62,952 nt of DNA from Octopus bimaculoides (GCF_001194135.2 NC_069000.1:5452970-5515921), one strand, 5' to 3'; counted from the stretch's first letter, positions 38,940 through 52,673 are shown. A program made the numbers and translations. Notes: generated by a model from the letters alone, not told the origin.

Positions 38940-39724
38940 ATTGGAATTATAATATATTGAAGGGTTAATAGAACTGATAACCTTTTAAATGTTAATATGG
39001 AAAGGGAAAAAAAAACCCTGTTTTTTTTATTTTACGTATTTTCTTTGATTATCGTAATTGCATCAGTCCCAATTGGTAATATTAAACGAAAATCGAACTA
39101 AATCTATTGATGTTAATACAGGGCGAAAAGCGTTGTATATCATATATTCAAGATCTGAATAAAATACAAAACTAATTCAGTTTTCATAAGAAACTTTTCT
39201 CTGTCTGTCAGATAATATAAATAATAATATTGATTTGTAAGGAATTTATGTTCAACAATAACTTCTATCTACGTTTTTTTCTTCTTCCCCTTCTCCTCTT
39301 CTCCTCTTCTTCCCTCAATTATTCTTGCTGAAGGGCATAACACAAGTTAAAAACAAAACGAATGAACTGAGAGCAAATATAATAACAGTTATAAATATGT
39401 AAAAATAAAATCTATTTAGCCCTTTGGCAAATAAAAGAAAGAATAAAAGAAAATTTAATAAATAAGAAGAATGGAATATAGAAACAGCAGAGTAGAGACG
39501 CAACCGGAACTGGTTAACTGAGGATAATTAAGGTGAAAGCTCTCCTGTTAAATAAGGTTAACAACGTACAGTGCCTTCCAGTTAAATACTGACATCGTGT
39601 TGTTTGTGTTGTTGTTAGTCTCGTTGTGTGAGAATGGCTTAAATATTACATGAGAGTGAATAAAAGATACACAAATCTGATGTATATGAAACATAATATA
39701 GAGTCACATACATCTTTGATTATC

Positions 39725-39900
39725 TCATCCTTCACTTGTTTCAGTCTTTGGACTGTGGCCATGCTGGGGCAGGACCTAGTAGTTTCTTCAATTGGAGAAA
39801 TCGACCCAGGTACTTACGTTTTCTTAACAGTCTGCCACTTGATAACACTGTGCTGTTTGCCGACCCGCTAGGTTATTCGGGTGTGGAGAAAAGCCTACTA
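39725..39900 (-). mobile_element. SINE family A tail
   Basis: CTTGTTTCAGTC...GTGGCCATGCTGG...TTTGCCGACCCGCTAGGTTA. Confidence 0.65.
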
Positions 39901-39929
39901 TGCTTGGAGGGTTGTGGAAGTGTGGGAAT

Positions 39930-40077
39930 CAAGTCCACAGGGCACTTTTTAATAGGATCGTTTTGGAAGCAACCACCATTGACCTTTCAACGAGATACCC
40001 AACCGCGAACAACTCAGATTTCGTATATGAGTGGAACAGTAAAAATATGCAATATTTTTCTCAAGTTCCAAAAGTGA
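39930..40077 (+). mobile_element. RLE-type LINE extreme C-terminus (decayed)
   Basis: Ends ISYMSGTVKICNIFLKFQK*, homologous to the end of 43668-43868. Confidence 0.55.
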
Positions 40078-41596
40078 ATTCGTCTGTTAACTACATCCCA
40101 AAGATAGAACCATGTATCTTTGTTGGAAACCGACTCCCTCCTCAGAGGAAGATTTATAATAATTTTAAAAAATAGAAGAAACACACATACAACGGGATTC
40201 CAAGCAGTTTCCAACCATCACTCTTCCGAAATTCACTCTCAAGGCTTTGATCGGCTGCGACTATACTAATACGCTGCTTGCACCGAACTTCATTTCTTAC
40301 TGTTTGTGGATTCATCTGTGTTCAACGATAATTAATGCCACTAAAAAGAAGAATGCCTTCGAGATAAAAGCTTATAGATTAAACACAGATCAAGACTTGT
40401 ACATGAAGGACTAAAGAGACTTGCTTTCAATGGCGAATGAAAGCAATGCTAACCGTACACAATTCACCTATAGAAATCTCGAAAGGTGAATCAATTTCAA
40501 AGAAATTACGCAATAGAATTATTTCATTTAATTCTGGTTACTCTTATCAAAATAAGCTTCATTATTCTGCCATTCTTCTGTTATTTTCTTTTATCTTTAA
40601 TGTATTTCTGTCACTAAGCTGCGGCCATACTGGATCGTCACCTTAAAGGGCTTCTTTGTTGAGCAAATCTACCCCAGTACATANNNNNNNNNNNNNNNNN
40701 NNNNNNNNNNNNNNNNNNNNNNNNNNNNNNNNNNNNNNNNNNNNNNNNNNNNNNNNNNNNNNNNNNNNNNNNNNNNNNNNNNNNNNNNNNNNNNNNNNNN
40801 NNNNNNNNNNNNNNNNNNNNNNNNNNNNNNNNNNNNNNNNNNNNNNNNNNNNNNNNNNNNNNNNNNNNNNNNNNNNNNNNNNNNNNNNNNNNNNNNNNNN
40901 NNNNNNNNNNNNNNNNNNNNNNNNNNNNNNNNNNNNNNNNNNNNNNNNNNNNNNNNNNNNNNNNNNNNNNNNNNNNNNNNNNNNNNNNNNNNNNNNNNNN
41001 NNNNNNNNNNNNNNNNNNNNNNNNNNNNNNNNNNNNNNNNNNNNNNNNNNNNNNNNNNNNNNNNNNNNNNNNNNNNNNNNNNNNNNNNNNNNNNNNNNNN
41101 NNNNNNNNNNNNNNNNNNNNNNNNNNNNNNNNNNNNNNNNNNNNNNNNNNNNNNNNNNNNNNNNNNNNNNNNNNNNNNNNNNNNNNNNNNNNNNNNNNNN
41201 NNNNNNNNNNNNNNNNNNNNNNNNNNNNNNNNNNNNNNNNNNNNNNNNNNNNNNNNNNNNNNNNNNTTCTTTGTTGTACACGTTTCGTGACGTCCTTTGC
41301 CCTTCTAGGTTTAACAAAGGAGCCCGAAGTGTGATTCGATGAAGATTTAGCAACTATAAATGCACCCTCGGTACTAGAGGGTACATATTAGTAACGGCAG
41401 GGGTTCGAACTCTCGCACTTCCCTTTGGAACGGTATTACTTTCTGTTATGTATCCAGCTTAAGGGAGAACAAATATTGAACATTGGGAATATATAGAATA
41501 AATATGTATTTACATGTGTGATAGATGTTGGTGTTAAGATGTGTGTGTATGTGTGTGTTGTTATAAACAGTATGTGTGTGAGTGAGTGATGGTGCG

Positions 41597-42190
41597 TCAG
41601 TGCAGTGTGTATGGGACGTTGGTGGTCGTTATTTGAAGGAAGAAGCCATATTTCATGTTTAAGGATTTCATACGCAAAGCTAAGATATATATCTTTGTGT
41701 GTGTGTGTGTGTGTGCGTGTGTTTGCGATCGTATGTGTGTTTGCGATCGTATGTGTGTGTGCGTGAGTGTGTATGTGCGTGTGTGCATGTGTGTGTAAGT
41801 GCGTGTGCGTGTGTGCGTGTGTTTGCGTCTCCTTGTGTGTGTATGTATGTGTATGAATGTGTGTGTGTGTCTACGAGTGTGTGTATGTGTGTATATGTGC
41901 GTTGGTGTGTGTGTGTGGGCGTGTTTGCGTGCCTCTGTGCGTGTATGGATGTGTGTGTATGTGTGTGTGTGTGTGCGCATGCTTGCGAGTGTGTGTATGT
42001 GTTTGTGTGCATGTGTGTGTTTGTGTGTGTGTGTGTGCGTGCATATGGTTGCGCGTGTGTGTGCATGTGTGCATGCGTGTGCGCGTGTTTGCATGTCCGT
42101 CTTTGTGTATGTGTATGTGTGTGTGTTTGCGTGTGCGCGTGTGTCTGCGTGTCCGTGTGTATGTGTATGCGTGTGTCTGTGCACACGCGC
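41597..42190. repeat. Degenerate (TG)n/(TGCG)n tract
   Basis: About 600 bp of alternating purine-pyrimidine sequence; small duplication TGTGTTTGCGATCGTATG x2 near 41720-41755. Confidence 0.9.
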
Positions 42191-42433
42191 GTTTATTCTT
42201 GCGCTGGTGTAGAGGGTCGGCTCTCGTCATGAATTTAGGGTCACGAAACCAAGCCACGGTGAAGACAATCACAACGACGACGGCGGCGACGACGACGACG
42301 GCCATTTCTATGACGATGATGATGATGAAACCGATCATCATCATCATCATCATCATCACCAGAACAATACATAAAGCATAAGGAGCTGAATTATACCAAA
42401 TAAATACGAGAGGGAGAGATCAGGAGTGGAAAT

Positions 42434-42452
42434 AGAAAGAAAGAAAGAAGGA

Positions 42453-42515
<63 letters not shown>
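42434..42515. repeat. (GAAA)n microsatellite
   Basis: Near-perfect array. Confidence 0.95.
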
Positions 42516-42516
<1 letters not shown>

Positions 42517-42636
42517 ACTGGACAGAGAGGGGAAAGAAAGTATTGGACAAAGAACTGGACAGAGAGAGGAGAGAACTGAGAAGAAAAACAGGGAGAGAGA
42601 GGGTCAGAGAAAAAAAGAGGGACACAGCTGGATGTA

Positions 42637-42693
<57 letters not shown>

Positions 42694-42880
42694 AGATAGA
42701 TAGAGAGAGAGAGAGAAAGAGAGAGCGAGAGCCAACACAGATCTCTGCAATCAATGACCGATATTCTAACCACGAAATATGATGCGTTCAAGAACGCAGC
42801 ACGTCAGAACATAAATGATATATTATAACCACAACATCACCACCACCACCGCCGCCGCCACCACCACCACCACTAACATT

Positions 42881-42936
<56 letters not shown>

Positions 42937-43443
42937 GGTGTTAGGAATCCTATCGGAATGTTATTTAATGGAAGCAATATTTGATTCTAGCGAGCACCAT
43001 TTGTCTTGGCAAGAATTCAAGAAGCAGCACTGGAATGACAGTTGTGTGACTTTGATGTTGATCAGAGAATAGGGAAAAACCCAAAGTCGGTTCTCTGATC
43101 GTAATCTCTGCAGTTGCGCATGTCTTGTGATGCAGAGAGCGAAACGAACTGAAATTGCCGAGTCAGTGATATATGAATCTTTGTTGTGTATGTTTGCATG
43201 TGTTTGTGTGTTTATTTGTGTTTATTTGTGTTTATTTGTGTGTGTGTCGTGTTGTGTTGTGTTGGATATATATGTTGGTGGGCTGTGGGTGATTGCAGGG
43301 GAATGAAAAGGTAAGGAAAGACAATGAGAAAATAAGGGCCAGATAGGTGAGGGAAAGAAAGAGCCGTTAGATTGTTGAATACAGGGAACGTAAAAAGGAA
43401 ACTGGAGATAGACGTAAAGAGAGGTGTAGGGAAAAGCAGAGTG

Positions 43444-43558
<115 letters not shown>

Positions 43559-43667
43559 TGTATATATATATATATATATATATATGCATGTATATCAATT
43601 TATGTATACATATATATGTATATGTATATAAACACACGTATATATATATCATACATGCATAAAAACG

Positions 43668-43868
43668 CACATATATCCGGATAACTATGTTACATTTATA
43701 CAAATAGCAATTGGTGTGTTTGCTTTTGTAAGTAAATGCTTAACTGTCAGTCTAGATAAGCTTGGATTTTCAGAAAATGAAATCAACCAACTGCTTCGCA
43801 CATTACGAATGCAATCTGTAAGTGGAACACTAAGAATATGGAAGTCTTTTCTCTTGTTTAAAATGTGA
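43668..43868 (+). mobile_element. RLE-type LINE ORF C-terminus, 66 uninterrupted codons
   Basis: HIYPDNYVTFIQIAIGVFAFVSKCLTVSLDKLGFSENEINQLLRTLRMQSVSGTLRIWKSFLLFKM* resembles RLE C-termini (YP.Y.F.FIPI.VGALG..P..L...L..LGF...E...L...LQ..S.SGTVKI.KTFL.F). No ATG, so absent from the ORF track. Confidence 0.65.
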
Positions 43869-43974
43869 CATTGTTTTCGTTATCTACCTTCTATCGATGG
43901 AGCTATGAACCTTTGTTAGAAACGAGCTGCTTCCTCACAGGAAGGATTTTAATAATTAAATACAAAAGTGAGCA

Positions 43975-44172
43975 TACGAGGGGTGGGGGGCAGAAGAGTT
44001 CCGGTCTTTAATGGTATCACAAAAGGTTTTGGTGTAGGCCCAACCTTCCGAGTTCTTTTACAGAGCTCAGAAAATCTGAAGGACCACTACTATATGTGAA
44101 TCTGAGAGGGGAATATGTTGAATAAAATCATAATTAACTGATCTTCTTGTATTTTCTTTTTACCCAAAGCCA
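43975..44172 (+). mobile_element. Mariner-derived non-autonomous element (truncated)
   Basis: Begins TACGAGGG. The internal AATCTGAGAGGGGAATATGTTGAATAA encodes NLRGEYVE*, the mariner transposase C-terminus. Confidence 0.6.
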
Positions 44173-45648
44173 CATACATACATACATACATACATACATA
44201 CATACATACATACATACATAGATGCATAATTACATATACTGTATATATGTGGGTGTCTGTTCGTGTCTCTAAACATTTCATGTCTATAAGAGAAGTCGTT
44301 CCCTATTTGGGGGAGAATGAACTATCTATACCACTATCCCCCCCCCCAATCCATTTTGGCCGATGGCGTTCTTAAAGAATTTTATCAACCTCCGGCCTGT
44401 TGCACTTCAATGAGGGGTGAGATTGTCTTGCATAGCTATTGGTTTTTATAATCTGTTCAAAGCTGGTCCAGCTGTCATATGACGAAGCACGTGACCTTCC
44501 GTAGCGCCTGTCTCTTCTTTTAGTATACCTCGGATGCCATTATGCTATTGTGTCATTATGCAGTGCGCTGAAAGACGCTAATGTGAGACTTTGAAAGTGA
44601 TTTGATTGATATTATTAGCATGTCGAACATTCAACGTAGAGCTTCCTTGATTCCTTGGTTGGCTTGTAAAATAATGATCTTGAATGCTGGTCAATAATGC
44701 TAATAACATCTAATCTGTATGAGAGATAAAAAAAAAAAAGACCACGAACGAAATCTAATTTGTGAATCAACAACTTTATGCTTCCATGTTGTACAAGCGC
44801 AGCATATTTTAAGCAGCATCGAAGTATATTATATAACGACTTAACGTTATGGTATAGAAACGACTTAAGCAAGTTATATGAATAACATTTTCAGCGTTTG
44901 ACATATTTTTGTAATATCATAATATATATGTTTCTCACAATTTCTTGCCGCAGAAGAAATTAACCCCTTCCCTTTCAAATAGAAGCATGAATGCAAATTC
45001 TATGCTAAAAGCCACTAGTTGTCATTCTGATATTATCAAAGCCACAGGAAACTTTTGCTATTATACAAATGGTTTAATGCAAGAAATTTAATATCACGCT
45101 GATAACATAGCGTGTTCATCTTTCCAATATGGCTGATGTTTAATACGTCCATGTTTAAACAGATATATTTATGCGATAAAGCCAAACGACGAAACTGATT
45201 AAATTGATATATTAGTACATTAGTCCATTAGTCACATTAGCATACGAAATTTTGTGAGCGGCAAATATCTATGGATAAACAAATAGCACATTTGCTGATG
45301 GGTGATTTCAATAAAATACTCAATTAAGAAGGCAATACCTTCCTAACAAAGATCATATTAACACGCGATTTAGAAGCGTCGGACACCTACGTATTACAGT
45401 AAAAATCGTTGTTGATGAAGAAACGTATTCACTGTCACACGCACAAACACACACATGCGCGCGCACACACACACACTCCACACGAGTTGTAGTGTGCAAC
45501 AAGAAATAAATGAAGTTGAACATGCGCTCAGAGTTTTATGGAGATTTATTTACATTTTAAAAATGATACATAACCGGTTTCACGATTGTTAATTTTCAAA
45601 TGTGTACTACTGCAGAGCTGTATCGTCGAATATGTACTCTCTCTCTCT

Positions 45649-45680
<32 letters not shown>

Positions 45681-45682
45681 TT

Positions 45683-45713
<31 letters not shown>

Positions 45714-45924
45714 CCTCTCTCTATCTATCTCTTTCTCTCTCTCTCCCTTTCTCTTGACCTTCATTTTAGATAATTATTCGTATTATTTTGAGCTTATACG
45801 ACTGTCAAAGTTCTTTCTTCACGACTGGACGTCTCCTATCTCTCTCTTGTATCTTTTCTCTTATCAAAGAAAATATATCTCCATCGTTCGCTATTTTACC
45901 CTCGTTCTAGTCTAATGATCGTCC

Positions 45925-46030
45925 ATGTTTGTTTTCATTCGGTTACCTTGTATGACTCAACTGTCCTGTTTTTGTTACAACTTTGACCCTCCATAAATCC
46001 CAAATTTTATTTTGATACGTATGGGTGCAA
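45925..46030 (+). repeat. Dispersed repeat, homolog of 49835-49950
   Basis: Shared ACTGTCCTGTTTTTGTT..AACTTTGACC.TCCATAAATC.CAAATTTT.TTTTGATAC.TATGGG.GCAA. Confidence 0.8.
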
Positions 46031-46112
46031 GTGTCTTCCAAAAATCAAATTAGGAATTTAAAATTTTTTCTATACTTAGCCAAAATTCGTTCTTTGTTAT
46101 TGTCGTCAGTGA

Positions 46113-46155
46113 CATAGCCAACGTGTTTCGGACTCAGCGGACCTCGTCAGTGAAT
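46113..46155 (-). ncRNA. Decayed hammerhead-like motif
   Basis: Reverse complement: CUGACGA-GGUCCGCUGAGUCC-GAAA-CACG-UU. Stem II has one mismatch and stem I does not pair. Confidence 0.4.
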
Positions 46156-46504
46156 TATACTCCACATTAACTCGTTTCGGCAATAAACGCATGCTATGTA
46201 GTATATATTCTTCTCTAGTATTGTTAGATTATGCTCAATTCTGTTGAGAATATGATAACTGCAACATTTAATTTAGTGGAACTTGAAAGAGACATTATTA
46301 TTATATTTTTGTCATGAGGTTTAATTCAAATATTAATATTGATATCTCGTTATATTCTTCCGTCAGATTTTTGTGTCATAAGCGTGTGATGAACAATGTC
46401 TAGTTAATCCATTACTTAGTATTTTCAATTCAATTCGTCATCCAATCATTCCCTTATTCCTCTTTCCATGACACAGCATGATAATTTTATCATCATCATC
46501 ATCA

Positions 46505-46539
<35 letters not shown>

Positions 46540-47214
46540 GTTACTACTATTATTATTATTTAACTTTTCTGTCTTCATGATGACATTGCCGTGTTCTGCC
46601 AAACGGTTTCCATGTAAGTTAACCAGCCATACATTACATGATATTTACGGCTTCTTTCATTTTCTCTTTTATTTATTTATTTATTTATTTATTTATCTAT
46701 TTATTTATTTTGTTCTATTTCATTTGCCGTATTCAGCTGGAGGTCACCCATATACAAAAGACAGTTAATTAACATTTCATGACATTTGTATCTATTTCAG
46801 TCCTGTTTAGCATGTTGATTAAAGGGTTTTATCGTTACAAGATCTTATGAAAGATTTGAAGTATGAAAGAATCACCATTTCGAATATTTATTTGGTAATC
46901 GTTGGTTTCGTTTTGTTATTCTTTCTTATACTTGGGTCTGTAAAATCGTTTATCACTTATTTATTACGTTGATGTTACCATATGCCAGAGAGAGGTACAT
47001 ACATGAATAATAAGCTATATTCATAATTCATGACCACCACCTGGTACATATACTTATTTCACCCTGATTGTTTCCACCTTACACTTAGTTAATGATTCCA
47101 GGATCTACAATAGCAAATCTTTCTCCAGGTTTTCTTTTTGTTAGTGAAATCAAATTATTCCAAAATACTTCTGTTCCTCTTTGATATTTTTATAGATCAA
47201 TAATTATTATGTAT

Positions 47215-47430
47215 AAGGCGGTGAGATGCCAAAAACGTTAGCACACCGGGTGAAATGCTTACCAGTATTTCGTCTGTCTTTACGTTCTAAGTTCGAATTC
47301 CGCCGAGGTCGACTTCGCCTTTCATCCTTTCGAGGTCCATAAATTAAGTACCAGTTGCGTACTGAGGTCGATCTTATCGACAGCACCCATCCCCCCACGA
47401 AAAAAATTCCGAGCCTTGTGCCTAGAGTAA
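47215..47430 (+). mobile_element. Near-full-length SINE family B
   Basis: GGCGGTGAGATGCC..CGTTAGCACACCGGGTGAAATGCTTA...GTCGACTTCGCCTTTCATCCTTTCGAGGTC...CCTTGTGCCTAGAGTAAAAAGAA. Confidence 0.88.
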
Positions 47431-47617
47431 AAAGAACAAAAAAGAATACTTGAAGTAGTTGTATGCTGTCAACTTAATGTGACAGTCCCATGAAGGGAAT
47501 ACTACTACTGTTGTTTAGACCTACGAAGCTGCACTGCTTCCTGTCGGCCTTGACACATTTCCTGTGCCCTTATGTTTACAAGGGGGAGAGAAGCACCTCC
47601 ACCCAACTAAGCCGGCA

Positions 47618-47660
47618 TCCAGAGACATGTTTCTGAGTCCTTGCTCGTCATCAGTCTGGA
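47618..47660 (-). ncRNA. Minimal type-I hammerhead ribozyme (best copy)
   Basis: Reverse complement: UCCAGA-CUGAUGA-CGAGCAAGGACUCA-GAAA-CAUG-UC-UCUGGA. 6-bp perfect stem I, GAG/CUC stem II (closing C.A mismatch), palindromic ACAUGU stem III, canonical GUC site. Confidence 0.78.
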
Positions 47661-48802
47661 GTAGCAAGACCTGCTAGTCGAAGATGCTTGCTAGTCGAAG
47701 AATACTTGTTATGCATCTTAGTTTGATCGTTTGGAGCGTGCAACCTATCTTTCTTCAAACCATTAAAATTGCATCGTTTCGTTCTTTTCTTCTTTTCTTT
47801 CTTCCTTTTTTTCTTCTCTCTCTTTCTTTCCGGATGGTTCTTCAGATTAGCTTCAGATTAATCTGCCCAACGTAACGTTTATTCCTCTACTTTCTTTCGA
47901 AATACTCATGCATTATCTTGTAGCTTCAAGATTCTAACGATGAGATTGTTTACTTATCGAATGACATTGAACAGTAGTTATTAGAAATTGCTCACGACCA
48001 GTTTGAGCAATGAATCACATACAATTTTTTTGGCCTGCTACGACCAGTTTAAACCAGAGAAAATGGTTAATCAGTGTAATAGGATTGTTGCTAAATATTT
48101 GAAATAACATGAAGAACATCACAGGTCTGTAGCTTTGGCGGGTGATAATGTGACTTTTCTGACAGAAATAAACGTTATTCCAGTTGTCATAAATTTTCGA
48201 TTAGTCTTAGGATAATCTCTATTGAGTAAATCGAAGATGAATGTGCTCAAGTCGTGACCATTCCATTTTATTTCTTAGAATGCTAAGACCAGGACAATAT
48301 ATTCCAATATGTCCGCTTTTTGTGTTTTTGTTGTTTTTTTAAGACGATGAAGGTGTAATTTGGAAACAAAAAAAGCATTTGGCTGTTATTTCTTGTAACG
48401 GGAAGTGTTGTGGTGATAAGGATGGGAGTCATGGGGTCAGGAAGACCAGGGGTTAGGAGAGAGAGGGGGAGGTGGAGGGAGCAAAAAGATGATGATGATG
48501 AAGAAGAAGAAGAAGAGGTGATGGAAAATGGAGAGGAAGGATGGAAGAGAAATCAGAGAAGTAGGCAAAGAAGCAGGGGTGGCGTCGTAAAAGTAGATGA
48601 ACAGCAAAAACAACAACAACAAAAGAGTGACGACGAAAATAAATATATTTACTAACAAAAATTGTTATTTTCATAAAAGGAAAAAAATACGTTTTAAACA
48701 ACACCGAAAAGCTGTTTAGAAGTTATTCATTCAAGTTATTATAGATGTCACGTATGATATTAATAACGATGATAATAGCAACAACAACAACAACAACAAT
48801 GC

Positions 48803-48861
<59 letters not shown>

Positions 48862-49765
48862 TCAATATTAATTATAAGAATAATAATATAGTTTGTTTAT
48901 ATAAAACTAAGGAATTCTATAAAGAATCTTGTAATTTTCAGAAGCAAAATGGTTTCAGTTGTTTTTCAGAAATGTTACAATGTCAATTGTGTGGAATTGT
49001 AAAACAATACACACAGACAGAACCCCGCATCCCTTCTGCNNNNNNNNNNNNNNNNNNNNNNNNNNNNNNNNNNNNNNNNNNNNNNNNNNNNNNNNNNNNN
49101 NNNNNNNNNNNNNNNNNNNNNNNNNNNNNNNNNNNNNNNNNNNNNNNNNNNNNNNNNNNNNNNNNNNNNNNNNNNNNNNNNNNNNNNNNNNNNNNNNNNN
49201 NNNNNNNNNNNNNNNNNNNNNNNNNNNNNNNNNNNNNNNNNNNNNNNNNNNNNNNNNNNNNNNNNNNNNNNNNNNNNNNNNNNNNNNNNNNNNNNNNNNN
49301 NNNNNNNNNNNNNNNNNNNNNNNNNNNNNNNNNNNNNNNNNNNNNNNNNNNNNNNNNNNNNNNNNNNNNNNNNNNNNNNNNNNNNNNNNNNNNNNNNNNN
49401 NNNNNNNNNNNNNNNNNNNNNNNNNNNNNNNNNNNNNNNNNNNNNNNNNNNNNNNNNNNNNNNNNNNNNNNNNNNNNNNNNNNNNNNNNNNNNNNNNNNN
49501 NNNNNNNNNNNNNNNNNNNNNNNNNNNNNNNNNNNTATATATATATATATATTTGTATGTATGTATGTATGTATGTATGTATGTATGTATGTATGAGACA
49601 TGGACTGTAAGAAACTGTTAAACAAATACGAGTAATTACGAGGACAAGAAGCTGAATATAAAACATAGTCGTGTTTCAAAGCAAATTTTAAAAGAAAGGC
49701 TGTACCACATATATACAAATATAAATAAACATCCCTCCATCCATACATACAAACGCACACACACG

Positions 49766-49810
<45 letters not shown>

Positions 49811-49834
49811 TGTTCTGGTCTTACGGCCTTCCAT

Positions 49835-50125
49835 ATTTGTTTTCGTTCGGTTTCATTTTATGTCTTCACTGTCCTGTTTTTGTTCCCAACTTTGACCTTC
49901 CATAAATCTCAAATTTTGTTTTGATACTTATGGGAGCAACAGTCTTCGAAGACTCATATTGTCGTTGAATGCTCGAAATGAAGAGTCGATAGACAGCCGA
50001 CAACTGACGAAGGGTCCTTCTTTGTGGTACTTGTCCTATTTCCTATTTTTCCCTTTCTCGTTGTTTTGATATTTAACTCATTTGCTTTCGTATTTCATGT
50101 TGTTTGCTGTTGGTGACATCCTGTA
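49835..50125 (+). repeat. Dispersed repeat (possible Penelope-related), homolog of 45925-46030
   Basis: Shared block as above, plus GCTCGAAATGAAGAGTC...CTGACGAAGGG motifs in non-hammerhead order. Confidence 0.55.
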
Positions 50126-50146
50126 CCCATATATGCATATACATAA

Positions 50147-50190
<44 letters not shown>

Positions 50191-50499
50191 GCACATTTAC
50201 GGTATAAGTGCGTATGCTTTAACTTTGGAGGTATAAAGATCTGAAACGAAGCGCTCGAATTTTTCTTCTTTCCCCAGTGCGCCGACCCTTCGCGCACATT
50301 CTTGCTCGCCCTCTTCCCCGCATCCTTTCTCTTTCTCTCTCTCTCTCACACACACAAACATTCATTCCTCTCCCTCCTACATCTGCATTCTTTCAGTGAT
50401 CGTTCCACAAATATTTGTATTATTCTTTAATGAGATTCATAACTAAACAAGACAAACAAAAAAACTCATCTCATCACTCGACCAGCGTTATCATTTTCG

Positions 50500-50817
<318 letters not shown>

Positions 50818-51274
50818 CATGTATTTATGCATTTATGTATACATTATATAAACATGTATATACATACGTATATAAAAATATAAATAGATATAAACAGACA
50901 CACATGCACACACACACCCACACACAAACACACAGATATATACATATATAAATATACATACTCACATATATGCATACATACATCTACTCACATCACACAC
51001 CCACGAACACATGACTTGAAAAACTGCACGTAACATCTATTTGACACAACGCAACAGAAAAATGCAAAAATAAACGTTACGACATTCACCAATGAATATG
51101 TTCGCTTTGTAATATCCACTTTTCTCCTTAAATAAACCATATGCATCTTGTTTCTGTTTGTTTTATCACACAAACATTACAGTATGTCTCTCATTTATTC
51201 AGCTTTAAACAAAACTATTTATTACAGTCGAAAATAGCAACATTTATTTAGTATTAAAAAGCACATACCAAATT

Positions 51275-51313
<39 letters not shown>

Positions 51314-52598
51314 NNNNNNNNNNNNNNNNNNNNNNNNNNNNNNNNNNNNNNNNNNNNNNNNNNNNNNNNNNNNNNNNNNNNNNNNNNNNNNNNNNNNNNN
51401 NNNNNNNNNNNNNNNNNNNNNNNNNNNNNNNNNNNNNNNNNNNNNNNNNNNNNNNNNNNNNNNNNNNNNNNNNNNNNNNNNNNNNNNNNNNNNNNNNNNN
51501 NNNNNNNNNNNNNNNNNNNNNNNNNNNNNNNNNNNNNNNNNNNNNNNNNNNNNNNNNNNNNNNNNNNNNNNNNNNNNNNNNNNNNNNNNNNNNNNNNNNN
51601 NNNNNNNNNNNNNNNNNNNNNNNNNNNNNNNNNNNNNNNNNNNNNNNNNNNNNNNNNNNNNNNNNNNNNNNNNNNNNNNNNNNNNNNNNNNNNNNNNNNN
51701 NNNNNNNNNNNNNNNNNNNNNNNNNNNNNNNNNNNNNNNNNNNNNNNNNNNNNNNNNNNNNNNNNNNNNNNNNNNNNNNNNNNNNNNNNNNNNNNNNNNN
51801 NNNNNNNNNNNNNNNNNNNNNNNNNNNNNNNNNNNNNNNNNNNNNNNNNNNNNNNNNNNNNNNNNNNNNNNNNNNNNNNNNNNNNNNNNNNNNNNNNNNN
51901 NNNNNNNNNNNNNNNNNNNNNNNNNNNNNNNNNNNNNNNNNNNNNNNNNNNNNNNNNNNNNNNNNNNNNNNNNNNNNNNNNNNNNNNNNNNNNNNNNNNN
52001 NNNNNNNNNNNNNNNNNNNNNNNNNNNNNNNNNNNNNNNNNNNNNNNNNNNNNNNNNNNNNNNNNNNNNNNNNNNNNNNNNNNNNNNNNNNNNNNNNNNN
52101 NNNNNNNNNNNNNNNNNNNNNNNNNNNNNNNNNNNNNNNNNNNNNNNNNNNNNNNNNNNNNACACACACACACACACACACACACACATTCACACACACA
52201 AAAGAATTTATGGGACTCGGTGCATTTCTTTCTTTTTGTTTTTGCAAAGACCTGAAAAGAAAAACGGAAAAGCACAATAAAATATTTCACTGAATTTAAT
52301 TGACTTTTAGTCGAAAATGGAACAAATTTCACAGAGTTTTTGTTTATTTTGACTTATCTTTCGACTATTTCGCTTCTGGTTTTGTCTTTTAGACTTTACG
52401 TAAACATAACACATTTCCTTTCACTCATCTCTTCCCAGTCTTATTTCTATCCTTCCTTCTGTCGTTCCCCACCATTCTTTTTTTCGTTTCTTTCATTCGT
52501 TCCTTCTTTGTTCACAACGCTTTGAATTTTTGCCATTTTATTCGATGTTTTTCCTTTATTTTCTTTAATATGCTTTGCATTCGTTCCTTGTCTTCGTC

Positions 52599-52673
52599 GT
52601 CTTCTTCTTCTTCTTCTTCTTCTTCTTCTTCTTCTTCTTCTTCTTCTTCTTCTTCTTCTTCTTCTTCTTCTTC
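52599..52673. repeat. (TTC)n microsatellite
   Basis: Perfect array followed by (CAT)n. Confidence 0.95.

Noticed and set aside
43774-43817. Small exon bounded by TTTTCAG and GTAAGT
   Set aside because: The reading frame continues through both sites as LINE-like protein, so the splice-like motifs are incidental.
44370-44560. Promoter (ATTGG, TTTATAA, TGACG, CACGTG)
   Set aside because: Motif spacing is implausible and there is no downstream gene evidence.
48410-48655. Acidic/basic low-complexity ORF
   Set aside because: Purine-rich simple sequence (GAT/GAA/CAA repeats) with a GTG start.
49978-50020. Type-II hammerhead reading of GAAA...GTC...CTGACGA
   Set aside because: The required stems I-III do not pair.
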